Numbered from the stretch's first letter, positions 48,981-59,249 are shown. The stretch is DNA of 64,000 bases from an uncultured Candidatus Saccharibacteria bacterium (GCA_964474435.1 CAYYSI010000001.1:62647-126646), one strand, 5' to 3'. Numbers and translations are program-made. The notes: generated by a model not told the origin, from the sequence alone.

Positions 48981-50774
48981 ATGGACCAGAAAAACATCCG
49001 CAATTTCAGCATTATCGCCCATATCGACCACGGCAAATCTACCCTTGCCGACCGCATGCTTGAAGTCACCGGTACTATCGAAGCACGCAAAATGCGCGAG
49101 CAGGTGCTCGACTCCATGGAGCTTGAACGCGAGCGCGGCATCACGATCAAAATGCAGCCGGTCAGGATGAAGTACAAGCACGGTGGCAATGACTACATGC
49201 TCAACCTCATTGACACCCCAGGCCACATCGACTTTTCATACGAAGTATCACGGGCGCTCAAAGCTGTCGAAGGCTCACTGCTCCTGGTCGACGCAACACA
49301 AGGTGTCCAGGCGCAAACACTCACGACACTCGAAATGGCACGCGAAAGTGGACTCGTCATCATCCCAGTCATCACCAAAGTCGACTCACAACTTGCTCGT
49401 CCTGACGATATCAAGCTCGAGCTCGCAGAACTCCTCGACTGTGACCCATCGACCGTGATCGCAGTATCGGGCCGCACAGGAGATGGCGTTGCAGAGCTCC
49501 TTGCTGCCATCATCGAACGCATCCCGCCGCCAACTATCACCACTGATGCCGAGACTCCACAAGGACTTATATTCGACTTTTCATACAGCAACCACAAAGG
49601 TGTGATTATTTTTACTCGTCTCTATCAGGGCATGGTCAAGAAAGGTGACGAGCTCATCTTTGCTGCATCGAAACAAAAGTTCACCGCACTCGAAGTTGGC
49701 GTATTCACACCAGAAGCAACTCCAACCGATACACTCACTGCAGGCTCAATCGGGTACATCGTGACGGGTATCAAACAGCCTGGTATTGCAGCAGTCGGGG
49801 ACACGATTACGAGCTTCAAGAATCCACTCCCTGCACTTGGTGGCTACGAACAACCACGACCAGTGGTATGGGCATCGATCTATCCAGAAAGTCAGGATGA
49901 CTTTGATGAGCTCAAACTCGCACTTGGCAAGCTACGCCTTTCTGACTCATCATTTTCATACGAAGAAGAAGTCTCTGGTGCACTCGGACGTGGGTACCGC
50001 TGTGGATTCCTCGGCATGCTGCACCTCGAGATTATTACGGAGCGTTTGCGACGTGAGTTTAACCTCGAGCTCATTGTGACGATCCCGTCGACGACATACA
50101 TGGTGACCGTACGAGGTGGCAAAGAAATCACGGTCTACTCACCACACCTCTTTCCAGATGATGGGACTGTGCAGTCAGTGCGTGAGCCATGGGTTCGCGC
50201 ACAGGTCATTGTGCCACTTACCCAAGTTGGGGCGATCATGCCATTCCTCTATGAGCACGAAGCAGAAGTGAATGATGTATCAAACTTTGCACACGATCGA
50301 TCAAACGTCACCTGTCTCATGCCGTTGCGTGAGATGATGCGAAATTTCTTTGACGATCTCAAAAGTATTACGAGTGGTTACGGATCAGTCTCATACGAGA
50401 TCGTCGAGTATCGCGATGCAGATGTGACGCGTATGGATATGATTATTGGCGACGAAGTACAGCCGGCATTTACACGTATCATTTCTCGTCGACGTGTTGA
50501 AGAAGATGCAAATACATTTGTTGATAAATTGGAAAAGCTCATGCCGCGTCAGCAAGTCGTGATGAAGATTCAAGCAAAGGCATTTGGGCGCATTATAGCG
50601 AGTCGCACGATGAAGGCATTCCGCAAGGACGTGACGGGGCACCTCTACGGTGGGGACGTCAGCCGCAAAAATAAACTCCTGGATAAGCAAAAGAAAGGTA
50701 AGAAAAAGATGCGCGAGCACGCAACGGTCAACATCCCGCACGACGTCTTTATCAACGTCATGAAGGAAAAATAG
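48981..50774 (+). CDS. lepA: Translation factor 4 (LepA)
   Basis: IRNFSIIAHIDHGKSTLADR, GFLGMLH, C-terminal KQKKGKKKM. Confidence 0.97.
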   Translation: MDQKNIRNFSIIAHIDHGKSTLADRMLEVTGTIEARKMREQVLDSMELERERGITIKMQPVRMKYKHGGNDYMLNLIDTPGHIDFSYEVSRALKAVEGSLLLVDATQGVQAQTLTTLEMARESGLVIIPVITKVDSQLARPDDIKLELAELLDCDPSTVIAVSGRTGDGVAELLAAIIERIPPPTITTDAETPQGLIFDFSYSNHKGVIIFTRLYQGMVKKGDELIFAASKQKFTALEVGVFTPEATPTDTLTAGSIGYIVTGIKQPGIAAVGDTITSFKNPLPALGGYEQPRPVVWASIYPESQDDFDELKLALGKLRLSDSSFSYEEEVSGALGRGYRCGFLGMLHLEIITERLRREFNLELIVTIPSTTYMVTVRGGKEITVYSPHLFPDDGTVQSVREPWVRAQVIVPLTQVGAIMPFLYEHEAEVNDVSNFAHDRSNVTCLMPLREMMRNFFDDLKSITSGYGSVSYEIVEYRDADVTRMDMIIGDEVQPAFTRIISRRRVEEDANTFVDKLEKLMPRQQVVMKIQAKAFGRIIASRTMKAFRKDVTGHLYGGDVSRKNKLLDKQKKGKKKMREHATVNIPHDVFINVMKEK

Positions 50775-50904
50775 AAACTAGTTGAGGAGTGGGGCGAGAG
50801 TGAAAATAAGCATGCTCAAAATGACGAAAATCCCAAAGACTTTGAGCCACATGTTTGCTCGTTTTCTGTTATGATTAAATAGCATAGCTACATCCTAGCA
50901 AAGT

Positions 50905-51303
50905 ATGGCAAAAACGCAATTTACTGAAAAAAAGCAGCGACTCTCGTACAAGCGCCTCCTTGGTGCACTCATTGCCCTCGTGCTTGCGTTCCTCCTCCTC
51001 ACATCAGTAGTCTCGGTTGCGAGCAAATATTTCGCGATCAAGCGTCATATCAAGGAGCTCAACCAAGAACAAGCAACCCTTGCTGCCAAACATGAATCAT
51101 TGGAGAAAAAAAATGCATACCTCGCAACTCCCGCCGGCCAAGAACAGGCGCTCCGTGACAAATACAACGTCGTGAAGCCTGGTGAGGGTATGATCGTCAT
51201 TGTGCCGCCAGATGTCAGCAGGGAACCCGAGGACAAACCTTCGGCAGTATCGAGGTGGTGGAGTGCCATAATTGCAGGTTTGGGCATCGGCCGTGACAAG
51301 TGA
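50905..51303 (+). CDS. Septum formation initiator (FtsB/DivIC-like)
   Basis: TM + coiled coil + EQALRDKYNVVKPGE. Confidence 0.82.
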   Translation: MAKTQFTEKKQRLSYKRLLGALIALVLAFLLLTSVVSVASKYFAIKRHIKELNQEQATLAAKHESLEKKNAYLATPAGQEQALRDKYNVVKPGEGMIVIVPPDVSREPEDKPSAVSRWWSAIIAGLGIGRDK

Positions 51304-51317
51304 TATACTGAGCCTAT

Positions 51318-51554
51318 ATGAAGGAAATCACGATCTACAGCACACCCGTATGTCATTATTGCAACCTTGCCAAGGAATTCTTCAAGGCCAATAATATTGC
51401 GTATACCGAATACAACGTTGCGGCTGATGCGGACAAGCGTGCAGAAATGATTGATCTGACCGGACAGCTCGGAGTGCCAGTCATCAGAGTAGGAGACGAC
51501 GTTATGGTAGGGTTCCAAGAGTCTCATATGAGGCAGGTCTTGGGCATGGCGTAG
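51318..51554 (+). CDS. Glutaredoxin/NrdH-like redoxin
   Basis: YSTPVCHYC, GQLGVPVI. Confidence 0.9.
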   Translation: MKEITIYSTPVCHYCNLAKEFFKANNIAYTEYNVAADADKRAEMIDLTGQLGVPVIRVGDDVMVGFQESHMRQVLGMA

Positions 51555-51559
51555 TATTT

Positions 51560-51680
51560 TTCTCGCAGGCAAAAGTACATTTCTCGAAATACACGAAAAT
51601 ATTCTGCTGAATATTTTCTCCTTCCGGCGCCAGTCGCGCCTCCAGAGGCATTTCTCAAAAAATACTTTTGCCTGCTCGAA
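51560..51680 (-). repeat. Branched palindromic element, copy B
   Basis: GCAGGCAAAAGTA/TACTTTTGCCTGC arms; inner AAAATATTC-tgct-GAATATTTT and GGCGC-cagtc-GCGCC. Confidence 0.8.
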
Positions 51681-51686
51681 GTGTAT

Positions 51687-51758
51687 GCCCTCATAGTTTA
51701 ATGGATAGAACAGTCCCGTCCTAAGGGATTGATGTGCGTTCGATTCGTGCTGAGGGCA
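51687..51758 (+). tRNA. tRNA-Arg(CCT)
   Basis: GCCCTCA...TGAGGGC; anticodon arm GTCCC-GTCCTAA-GGGAT; GTTCGA T-loop. Confidence 0.9.
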
Positions 51759-51778
51759 CTTTTTGGTATACTTAGTGT

Positions 51779-52036
51779 ATGGAACAAGAACTCGATACAC
51801 GCCTCAAAGCGATGGAAAAGAAAATCGATGACATGAACAATGTCGTCTCAAAAATGCATCGTTCACAGCGCAACGCCCGCAATCGCAAGATGCTGTATTG
51901 GGCAGTCATTATTGTGCTCTCTATCATCTCGTACTACTCGATCAAGCCGTATCTGACAGAACTCAAAAATGCGTATGGAGTAGGCGAGGAATCAACCTCA
52001 AACTATGCTGATTTGCTGAAATCGATCAACGAATAA
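51779..52036 (+). CDS. Small membrane-anchored hypothetical protein
   Basis: Coiled coil + TM; TGGTATACT 6 nt upstream of ATG. Confidence 0.75.
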   Translation: MEQELDTRLKAMEKKIDDMNNVVSKMHRSQRNARNRKMLYWAVIIVLSIISYYSIKPYLTELKNAYGVGEESTSNYADLLKSINE

Positions 52037-52080
52037 GGTTGCCGAAACGCCGTTTTTCGGGTATAACATATGCACCAAAT

Positions 52081-52153
52081 GCTCAGGTAGCTCAGTTGGT
52101 AGAGCGCTCCCCTGAAGAGGGAGATGTCACCAGTTCAAGTCTGGTCCTGAGCA
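52081..52153 (+). tRNA. tRNA-Phe(GAA)
   Basis: GCTCAGG...CCTGAGC; CTCCC-CTGAAGA-GGGAG. Confidence 0.95.
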
Positions 52154-52197
52154 CAAATAACAAAAATACCACCTCGATATAAGGTGGTATTTTTGTA

Positions 52198-52713
52198 TTA
52201 GATCGATTTAATCTTGAGATGTGCCCGGCGACGTTTGTCGACTTTTGGCATTTTGATGATGAGCATGCCGTGTCGCTCGATGGCCTCAGCGGCGTCGATC
52301 TCGACTTCTTCGGGGAGGTTCACCACGCGCTCAAATGATCCCCAGTAGAGCTCGCGGATGTGATATGCGTCGTTGGGAATACCTTTGCTTTCTTCGCGCT
52401 TACCAGAGATCTTGACCACGTCACGAGTGATGTCGATCGAGAGGTGTTCGGGCATGACGCCTGCGATGAGTGTCTGAATGATGAGTTCGTTGGGAGTTTC
52501 GTACACGTCGACAGGGAGCTCGCCGACTTCTTCGGGAGCTGTTGGGACAACTGAATGTTCAGCGTCTTTGTTGATCGGGACGTCGCGTCGTTCAGTGTGA
52601 GATGAACGCTTGTCGTCTTTCTTTACCTCGTGCTCTTTGAGCTCGATTTCTTCATCGGTATCGTCAAAGCGCAGGTTGCCTGCTAAACGTTCAAAAAATG
52701 AGGGCTTTTTCAT
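52198..52713 (-). CDS. Hsp20/alpha-crystallin small heat shock protein
   Basis: PVDVYET, ELYWGSFERVVNLP, GMLIIKMPK. Confidence 0.9.
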   Translation of the reverse strand: MKKPSFFERLAGNLRFDDTDEEIELKEHEVKKDDKRSSHTERRDVPINKDAEHSVVPTAPEEVGELPVDVYETPNELIIQTLIAGVMPEHLSIDITRDVVKISGKREESKGIPNDAYHIRELYWGSFERVVNLPEEVEIDAAEAIERHGMLIIKMPKVDKRRRAHLKIKSI

Positions 52714-53408
52714 AATGGGGCCAACGTCCTGGGAGGGATGCGTCGGAATTTTTCGAGAATGACGTGACTGATAATCGCAACGATCCACAAGTAGCCGTAT
52801 ATCTGAAGGAAGCTTGCGGTGTCGTTCTTTAGTATAAAAAAGTTAAACGTACTATGCAAGAAAATAGCACCCGCAATGCCGATCACGATGCCCATACTGC
52901 GTATCGCACGAGGGGTGAGCGTGATCACAATACCGATGAAACATGATGCGATCGCATGCAGCAGTGTGGATCCAAAGAATCGGAGGCCACCAGTGAGCAA
53001 GCTTGCGGTGATATTGAAACTCAGTCCAGGCTTGAGGATATAAAAGATATTTTCAAGGGCAGCAAAGCCGAGTGCAACGGCGATCAAGTACATTGCCGGG
53101 TCGAGCGCGTCATCATCGTACGTGCTTTTGTACGCAACGATATAAAAGACTACGAATTTCAGGGTTTCTTCGATGCCTGCCCACACTGCAATGCGGGTCG
53201 TAGGGTCAGTGACCATATCTTTGAATCCTTGTTGGAGGAATGTGGCAAGGAAGACACTTGCAGCACCGAGGAGGAAACAGAGTAATACAAGCCCCATTGG
53301 TTCACGGCCACGCTTCACCAAATGTCTCCAGAAGACCAACCACAACAGTGATGGAGAAAGTCCTATGATAACTGCCCAGGCAGTAGGAGAGATTACGATG
53401 TTGGCCAT
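52710..53408 (-). CDS. PrsW-family intramembrane protease
   Basis: EETLK, GFAALEN, two HxxxN/HA motifs. Confidence 0.88.
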   Translation of the reverse strand: MANIVISPTAWAVIIGLSPSLLWLVFWRHLVKRGREPMGLVLLCFLLGAASVFLATFLQQGFKDMVTDPTTRIAVWAGIEETLKFVVFYIVAYKSTYDDDALDPAMYLIAVALGFAALENIFYILKPGLSFNITASLLTGGLRFFGSTLLHAIASCFIGIVITLTPRAIRSMGIVIGIAGAIFLHSTFNFFILKNDTASFLQIYGYLWIVAIISHVILEKFRRIPPRTLAPL

Positions 53409-55576
53409 GGTGTGATCATGAGGAGGTCTTTGTCAGTATCGGGCAAGAGTTCCCAGATTGCTTCGGTGACAAATGGCATGAATGGGTGCAGTGTCGTGAT
53501 AGTTTCTCTGAGAAGGTGATTGAGGAGTTTCTGGCGAGAATGTTTTGTTGCTGCATCTTCACTTGCAAGGAGAGGCTTACTTTCTTCGATAATCTTGTCT
53601 GCAAATACAGTCCAAATGTATTGGTAGATTTTTTCTGCGGCCAAGTGCAAACGATAGGTGTCGATATCGGTTGTAATGCTACTCAATTCATTTCTCCACG
53701 CCTCATACACAACGCTATCTTCTTCGGAGAGGTCGGCATCGAGTGGCATGTCACTAACGCTTGTTAGTACAAACCGTGCGATATTCCAAAGTTTATTTGC
53801 AAAAAGTTTCTGACCTTTGATCTTGTCTTCGGAAAGCTTCATGTCTGTCCCTGGGGCCGTTCCAAATATAAGTGCCATTCGTCCCGCATCTGAACCAAAC
53901 TTTGCTGCAACATCAAGTGGGTCGATCCCGTTACCAAGCGATTTTGAGAACTTGCGTCCCTGGTTGTCGCGAACAATACCCGTGAGAAATACGTTTTCAA
54001 ACGGAATAGTGCCAAGTGTGTATTCTGTCATGAGGATCATTCGCGCGATCCAGTGAAAAAGGATTTCGTATGCGGGCACAATAACTGAGGTTGGGTGATA
54101 GGTGGCGAGGTCTTGCGTTTGTTTTGGCCAGCCAAGGGTCGAGAATGACCACAGGCCTGATGAGAACCATGTGTCGAGAGTATCAGGATCTTGTTCCCAG
54201 TCATCTCCCTCAGGTGCCTCTATACCACAATATACTTCGTCACCTTTGTACCACACAGGGATGCGATGTCCGTACCAGATCTGTCGAGAGATGCACCAGT
54301 CCCTCAAGTTGTCGATCCAATGGAAATACGTCTTGCCAAAATAATCCGGGTGGATCGAAATACTTCCATCTGCAACTGGTTCGCGCATGAGTTCCTTCAA
54401 TGTTTTGTCATTACGTATCGCGACAGATTTATTGACGTTAATAAACCACTGCAGTTTGGGTAAGGGTTCGATAATACCACTCGTGCGTTCAGCCATTGAA
54501 ACATTTTGATCAATCATTTCTTCTTTCTCCAAAAGATTTTCTTCTCGCAACCACGCAACTATTACCTCCCGTGCATCTGTCGTCTTTTTATTCAAAATTC
54601 GCTCGTCACCAATAGTCATCTTGGCATATTCATTGATTACTTGCGGGCGAGGTAGGTCATGACGATCGGCGATCTCCCAGTCAGTCATACTATGTGCCGG
54701 AGTCACACCCAGTGCGCCCGTACCAAAGTCTTTGTCGACTTCTTTGTCCGCAATGACTTTGATATGAAGAGGTACTCCACAAAATTCTAGGTCATATTCT
54801 TTGCCCACAAATCCTGCATAGCGAGTATCCTCTGGATGTACGGCAACAGCAACGTCGCCAACTTTGGTTTCGGGGCGAGTGGTAGAGATCGCGATAGGGA
54901 AGTCTTTACTATATTTGAAAGTATACATCGTCGCCTTGCGGGCTTCGTGTACAACTTCATCATCAGAGACTGTAGTCTGACCTTTGGGATCCCAGTTGAC
55001 GATACGATGTCCACGATAGATGAGTCCGTCGTCATACATTGATTTAAAAATAGTACGAACTGCAAAGTTGCGCTCTTGGTCGAGTGTAAATGCTTCTCGA
55101 CTCCAATCACATGAAAACCCAAGTGCCTTGATCTGGCTCACCATCGTGTCATGGCTGTTTTGCGCAAATGCATCAACGCGCTTGAGCATTTCTTCACGTC
55201 CCAAATCGTGACGAGAAAGACCTTCTTCCTTTTTAATAATTCCTTCAACTTTGGATTGTGTTGCTATCGCTGCGTGATCTGTGCCCGGGATCCATAGTGT
55301 ACGAAATCCTTGCATGCGCTTGTATCGAATCAAAATATCTTGAACTGTGCCGCCGAGCGCATGCCCCATGTGGAGTGTGCCAGTGACGTTGGGTGGGGGA
55401 AGGACGATAGTAAATGGTTTGGCATCAGGTGCAGTGTGCCCATCCTTGATCATGTTTTCAGGATTGAAATAGCCAGAGTCTTCCCATTTCTTGTACAGGC
55501 GAGATTCTTCGTCCACAGGGTTGTACGGCTTCAAAAGCTTCTCGGGGATCGAGGGAGTAGAGGATTCCATAGGCAA
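53393..55576 (-). CDS. valS: Valyl-tRNA synthetase without C-terminal coiled-coil arm
   Basis: PPPNVTGTLHMGH, DWCISRQIWYGH, DTWFSS, KFSKS. Confidence 0.96.
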   Translation of the reverse strand: MPMESSTPSIPEKLLKPYNPVDEESRLYKKWEDSGYFNPENMIKDGHTAPDAKPFTIVLPPPNVTGTLHMGHALGGTVQDILIRYKRMQGFRTLWIPGTDHAAIATQSKVEGIIKKEEGLSRHDLGREEMLKRVDAFAQNSHDTMVSQIKALGFSCDWSREAFTLDQERNFAVRTIFKSMYDDGLIYRGHRIVNWDPKGQTTVSDDEVVHEARKATMYTFKYSKDFPIAISTTRPETKVGDVAVAVHPEDTRYAGFVGKEYDLEFCGVPLHIKVIADKEVDKDFGTGALGVTPAHSMTDWEIADRHDLPRPQVINEYAKMTIGDERILNKKTTDAREVIVAWLREENLLEKEEMIDQNVSMAERTSGIIEPLPKLQWFINVNKSVAIRNDKTLKELMREPVADGSISIHPDYFGKTYFHWIDNLRDWCISRQIWYGHRIPVWYKGDEVYCGIEAPEGDDWEQDPDTLDTWFSSGLWSFSTLGWPKQTQDLATYHPTSVIVPAYEILFHWIARMILMTEYTLGTIPFENVFLTGIVRDNQGRKFSKSLGNGIDPLDVAAKFGSDAGRMALIFGTAPGTDMKLSEDKIKGQKLFANKLWNIARFVLTSVSDMPLDADLSEEDSVVYEAWRNELSSITTDIDTYRLHLAAEKIYQYIWTVFADKIIEESKPLLASEDAATKHSRQKLLNHLLRETITTLHPFMPFVTEAIWELLPDTDKDLLMITPWPTS

Positions 55577-55659
55577 ATAATAGCAATTTTAAGGCGTTTT
55601 GGGGAGAGGGGTTGACAATATATAAATTCTATCTTATTATATTTAAAAATTAAAAAATC

Positions 55660-55968
55660 ATGTTTACAAATACTGATAAAGAAATCTATTACACTGAAAA
55701 AGTAACTGAACAGGAATGGATAGAAATTGCTTCAGAAACAAATGGAAACAAGAGAATTGCTAAAGCTATTGAGTCTTACCTCAATATGCAAATAGAAAAA
55801 ATTCCGCAACCAGCGAGCGCGGGACAAATTAAGGAAATTCTTATGCGAAAATTTGAAGAGCTTGCATATCCAAATAAGGATATAATTTTATCTGTTGAAA
55901 TCCTCGGTTATCCTATCATCAGTGGAATTGTAAAAAACCCCATTGATAATTCAGAAATTTCTTTCTAA
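55660..55968 (+). CDS. AT-rich hypothetical protein
   Basis: TTGACA(55612)-17-TATTAT promoter; 102 aa. Confidence 0.65.
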   Translation: MFTNTDKEIYYTEKVTEQEWIEIASETNGNKRIAKAIESYLNMQIEKIPQPASAGQIKEILMRKFEELAYPNKDIILSVEILGYPIISGIVKNPIDNSEISF

Positions 55969-55970
55969 TT

Positions 55971-57146
55971 TTACAAACTTAAATTACCGTCAGCTTTCAG
56001 GTCACCTGGGTCGGCGGTTTTTATTTGCCCGCTTATTACTTGGAGCATTGCTGCCAACCCAATCATGACAGCATTGTCAGTGGCAAGCCATTGTTCGGGG
56101 AATAGTACGATGGTGTCGGGAAGTTTCTTTGAGACGGCTTTGGTGAGTTGTGCGCGGAGGTATGTATTGCCGGCAACACCGCCACCGACGATGATGGTCG
56201 GAGTATTGTGTTCAGTTGCTGCATCAATTGTCTTTTTTATAAGTACTTCTATTGCGGCGTCTTCGAATGCGCATGCGAGTGCCATTTTTTCATCATCAGT
56301 GAGTTCGCGCGTATTGCCTTGGGTCAGATCACGGATCGCATAGAGTGTCGCAGTTTTGATACCAGAAAATGAAAAGTCATAGTCGCCAGAGTGAAGCATG
56401 GGACGAGGGAGTACGAATTGGTTCACGATATTGGTTTCTCTGAACTGTGCGGCGAGTTTGGACACTGCAGGTCCGCCTGGGTATGGGAGCCCGAGCATGC
56501 GAGCGACTTTGTCAAAGGCTTCACCAACTGCATCGTCGCGTGTCTGACCGAGCTTTTCATACTCACTAAATGCGCGCGCAATGACGAGTTCGGTGTGACC
56601 ACCAGAGACGAGGAGTGAGAGGACGGGGAATGCGAGGTTGCTAAATGTGTATTCTTGCTCAGCGACTTTTTCGATCGCTGCAGTGACGATGTGGCCTTCC
56701 ATGTGATTGATCGGGATGATCGGGATGTCCCATGCGACAGAGAGTGCACGAGCGGCGTTGATACCCACCCAGAGTGCTGGCTCAAGTCCTGGGCCGACAG
56801 TGACTGCGATGTAGTCGATATCTGGCTTTTGATAAAAGGCGAGGAATGGCGCAAGGTGTTCTTTGAGGGTGGTTTCTTTGTCATCGAGAAATGAGAGATC
56901 GGGCAGGGGTTGTTCTGCATCGACGGCATCGAGCATGTAGGCTTCATCGAGGGCGGTTTGGACCAACAGTGTGATTTTCTCGGCATGGGCACGTTTGGCC
57001 ATGGCAGGGAATACCCCACCGTACTGCGCATGGAGCTCGATCTGGGACGCGAGGGCATTCCCGAGGAGGCGAATGGTGTCGCCATCGCGCTCGAGCACGC
57101 AAATGCCCGTTTCGTCGCAGCTGGTCTCGATAGACAGGATTTTCAT
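55971..57146 (-). CDS. tsaD: tRNA t6A37 threonylcarbamoyltransferase
   Basis: SIETSCDET, HMEGH, LVSGGHT, GEAFDK, TDNAVMI. Confidence 0.96.
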   Translation of the reverse strand: MKILSIETSCDETGICVLERDGDTIRLLGNALASQIELHAQYGGVFPAMAKRAHAEKITLLVQTALDEAYMLDAVDAEQPLPDLSFLDDKETTLKEHLAPFLAFYQKPDIDYIAVTVGPGLEPALWVGINAARALSVAWDIPIIPINHMEGHIVTAAIEKVAEQEYTFSNLAFPVLSLLVSGGHTELVIARAFSEYEKLGQTRDDAVGEAFDKVARMLGLPYPGGPAVSKLAAQFRETNIVNQFVLPRPMLHSGDYDFSFSGIKTATLYAIRDLTQGNTRELTDDEKMALACAFEDAAIEVLIKKTIDAATEHNTPTIIVGGGVAGNTYLRAQLTKAVSKKLPDTIVLFPEQWLATDNAVMIGLAAMLQVISGQIKTADPGDLKADGNLSL

Positions 57147-57214
57147 ACCCGACACTATACCAATAGATTGTGTTTTCTGGAAGGTGTGGTAAGGTTTAGC
57201 AAAACTTTTAACTC

Positions 57215-57532
57215 ATGTACAATTTTGAAATTCACTACACGTTAAACTTTCCCGGTATAGAAAAGATTTCTCATTATGATGATAAGGCTGAAACTATCGG
57301 TACTACAACTGCCGTTAAAATAGGTAAAGCTTTATGGAAAAAATTTTCTTCTAACCAAAAGAAAATATTGCCTACCTTAGTGGTATCAAATGAGGATATT
57401 AAAAGTGTTTCCGAAATTTCAATACGAAAGAATAAAGAGACATTTTTGGATACGCAGAATACTGATCCACTTTCATGGGAAATAGCAAACTATCTTTTTG
57501 AAGAAATTAAAAAACCCATAAAATCCCCTTAG
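57215..57532 (+). CDS. AT-rich hypothetical protein
   Basis: 105 aa ORF ending inside a terminator hairpin. Confidence 0.6.
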   Translation: MYNFEIHYTLNFPGIEKISHYDDKAETIGTTTAVKIGKALWKKFSSNQKKILPTLVVSNEDIKSVSEISIRKNKETFLDTQNTDPLSWEIANYLFEEIKKPIKSP

Positions 57533-57557
57533 GGATTTTTTTTGTTACAATATATTC

Positions 57558-57797
57558 ATGCAAACCTCATGGCAAGAAAAAAATAACACACTCATTCGAG
57601 AGTTCACCTTCCCGACATTTGTAGACACGATCGCATTTATCAACAAAGTTGCAGGAGTTGCCGCAGAGCTTAATCATCATCCAGAAATTTGGAATGTATA
57701 CAATAAAGTAACACTCACTCTTTCGACACATGATGCGGGGGACATAGTGACTGACAAAGATCGAGAGCTCGCCGAAAAAATAGATATGCTACTATAG
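57558..57797 (+). CDS. Pterin-4-alpha-carbinolamine dehydratase family
   Basis: NHHPEI...YNKV...THDAG. Confidence 0.9.
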   Translation: MQTSWQEKNNTLIREFTFPTFVDTIAFINKVAGVAAELNHHPEIWNVYNKVTLTLSTHDAGDIVTDKDRELAEKIDMLL

Positions 57798-57804
57798 GGG
57801 TACT

Positions 57805-58422
57805 ATGGACGCCATCGTGCAAACCATCATTCCGTTTGTCCTCATGTACAAATACTGGGCGCTCTTTTTGATTACATTTCTGACTGCGATGGCGCTCCCG
57901 ATCCCGCCAGGGACACTTATCATGGTATCGTCTGCATTTGCGTACAAAGGATATTTCGTCTTTGGGTTCGTGCTCATGGCGGCAATTGCAGGAAACATCC
58001 TGGGGGACACGGCGTCGTATTGGATTGCGCGTCATTATGGTGCGCGTATTCTCAACAAGATCGGTTTTGGCAAGCTTATGCATTCTCGCCGGTACAAGAT
58101 CGTTGAACGAGCGATCAGGAAACGCCCCGGACTCATTATCTTTGTTAGTCGGTTTGAAGTTGTGACGAACCTCTCGGTCAATCTCATCTCAGGGCTCAGC
58201 AGACTCCCGTATGGCAAATATTTGCTCTATAGCGGCATCGGCGAAATATTCCAAGTGACCCTCTACAGTACGATCGGCTATGTCTTTGCCAATAGCTGGA
58301 GTCAGGTGAACTCACTCATCGGCAAGATCCTCTTCCTTGTTGCAGTTGTTGCCGTATTGATCGTCGCGTTGTTTTGGAAGAAAATCAAAGCCAATATGGC
58401 CGAGGATATTGCAGCGTCATGA
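57805..58422 (+). CDS. DedA family membrane protein
   Basis: PIP, GNILGD.ASYWIAR, SRF motifs. Confidence 0.88.
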   Translation: MDAIVQTIIPFVLMYKYWALFLITFLTAMALPIPPGTLIMVSSAFAYKGYFVFGFVLMAAIAGNILGDTASYWIARHYGARILNKIGFGKLMHSRRYKIVERAIRKRPGLIIFVSRFEVVTNLSVNLISGLSRLPYGKYLLYSGIGEIFQVTLYSTIGYVFANSWSQVNSLIGKILFLVAVVAVLIVALFWKKIKANMAEDIAAS

Positions 58423-58448
58423 GTAGTGCTATACTTCCAAGAAAAATT

Positions 58449-59135
58449 ATGAAACCAAAGAACATACTCATTACCGGTGCTACCGGAGATATCGGAACAG
58501 CCCTTATAAAACAGCTCGCACATACTGACCACCAGATCTATGCACCTGTCAGGAATGCTCAGAAAGCACAGGAACGTTTTGGTACACAAACCAACATTCA
58601 TGCCCAAGAATGTATTCTCGAAGACTACAAGTCTATGCTCGACTATAGTACAAAGCTTGCAAACGAGGGTATTGGTTTTGATATCGTGATTTTGCTCGCA
58701 GGTATCTTTAAACTCGACAAAACATTTCTCGGAGATACTTCTATAGAAAAAGAAAAAACATCTATTGAAGCTCATATGCGATCGAATGTCCTCACAGCTG
58801 AAACAACTGTGGAAGGGCTCATCAAGGCATATGGTGAGCGTTTGGAACACACAATACTTGTACCCGTCGCAACACATGCGGTAGATTTTCCAGTAGGGCA
58901 TAGTTTTCGGATTAATGAAGAAGGATATGTTCAATCAAAAATCTGCCTTGTAGAACGTGCGGGCGAATGGGACATGCTTGGCACTTTTGGTAAGGTTATA
59001 GTTGAAAAACCCGGATTGATCGATAGTGAAATGACACGGGAGACTATTCCGGAAGTCCTGGCAGACCCAAGTGTTCCTCGAATCACACCTGACCAATATG
59101 CTTCTGATTTGATCCAACGATTAGGTCTTTTATAA
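58449..59135 (+). CDS. SDR family oxidoreductase
   Basis: ITGATGDIG, YVQSK (YxxxK), PGLIDS. Confidence 0.8.
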   Translation: MKPKNILITGATGDIGTALIKQLAHTDHQIYAPVRNAQKAQERFGTQTNIHAQECILEDYKSMLDYSTKLANEGIGFDIVILLAGIFKLDKTFLGDTSIEKEKTSIEAHMRSNVLTAETTVEGLIKAYGERLEHTILVPVATHAVDFPVGHSFRINEEGYVQSKICLVERAGEWDMLGTFGKVIVEKPGLIDSEMTRETIPEVLADPSVPRITPDQYASDLIQRLGLL

Positions 59136-59249
59136 GAAGAAATCACGAGCCAATTGGCTCGTTTTTTAGTGGAAAAGGGGTAGTATTGACAAAAAATGAT
59201 AATGCTGTAATATAAGGAAAAATCTTTTTATACTAAATAATAATCGAAT

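Noticed and set aside
51045-51800. 251 aa minus-strand ORF, and other long antisense ORFs (14145-15065, 29448-30389, 62717-63637)
   Set aside because: Shadow frames overlapping well-supported genes or tRNAs, with no protein motifs
21378-55576. Short ProRS and ValRS as pseudogenes
   Set aside because: Catalytic motifs are intact and the frames are uninterrupted; consistent with streamlined forms
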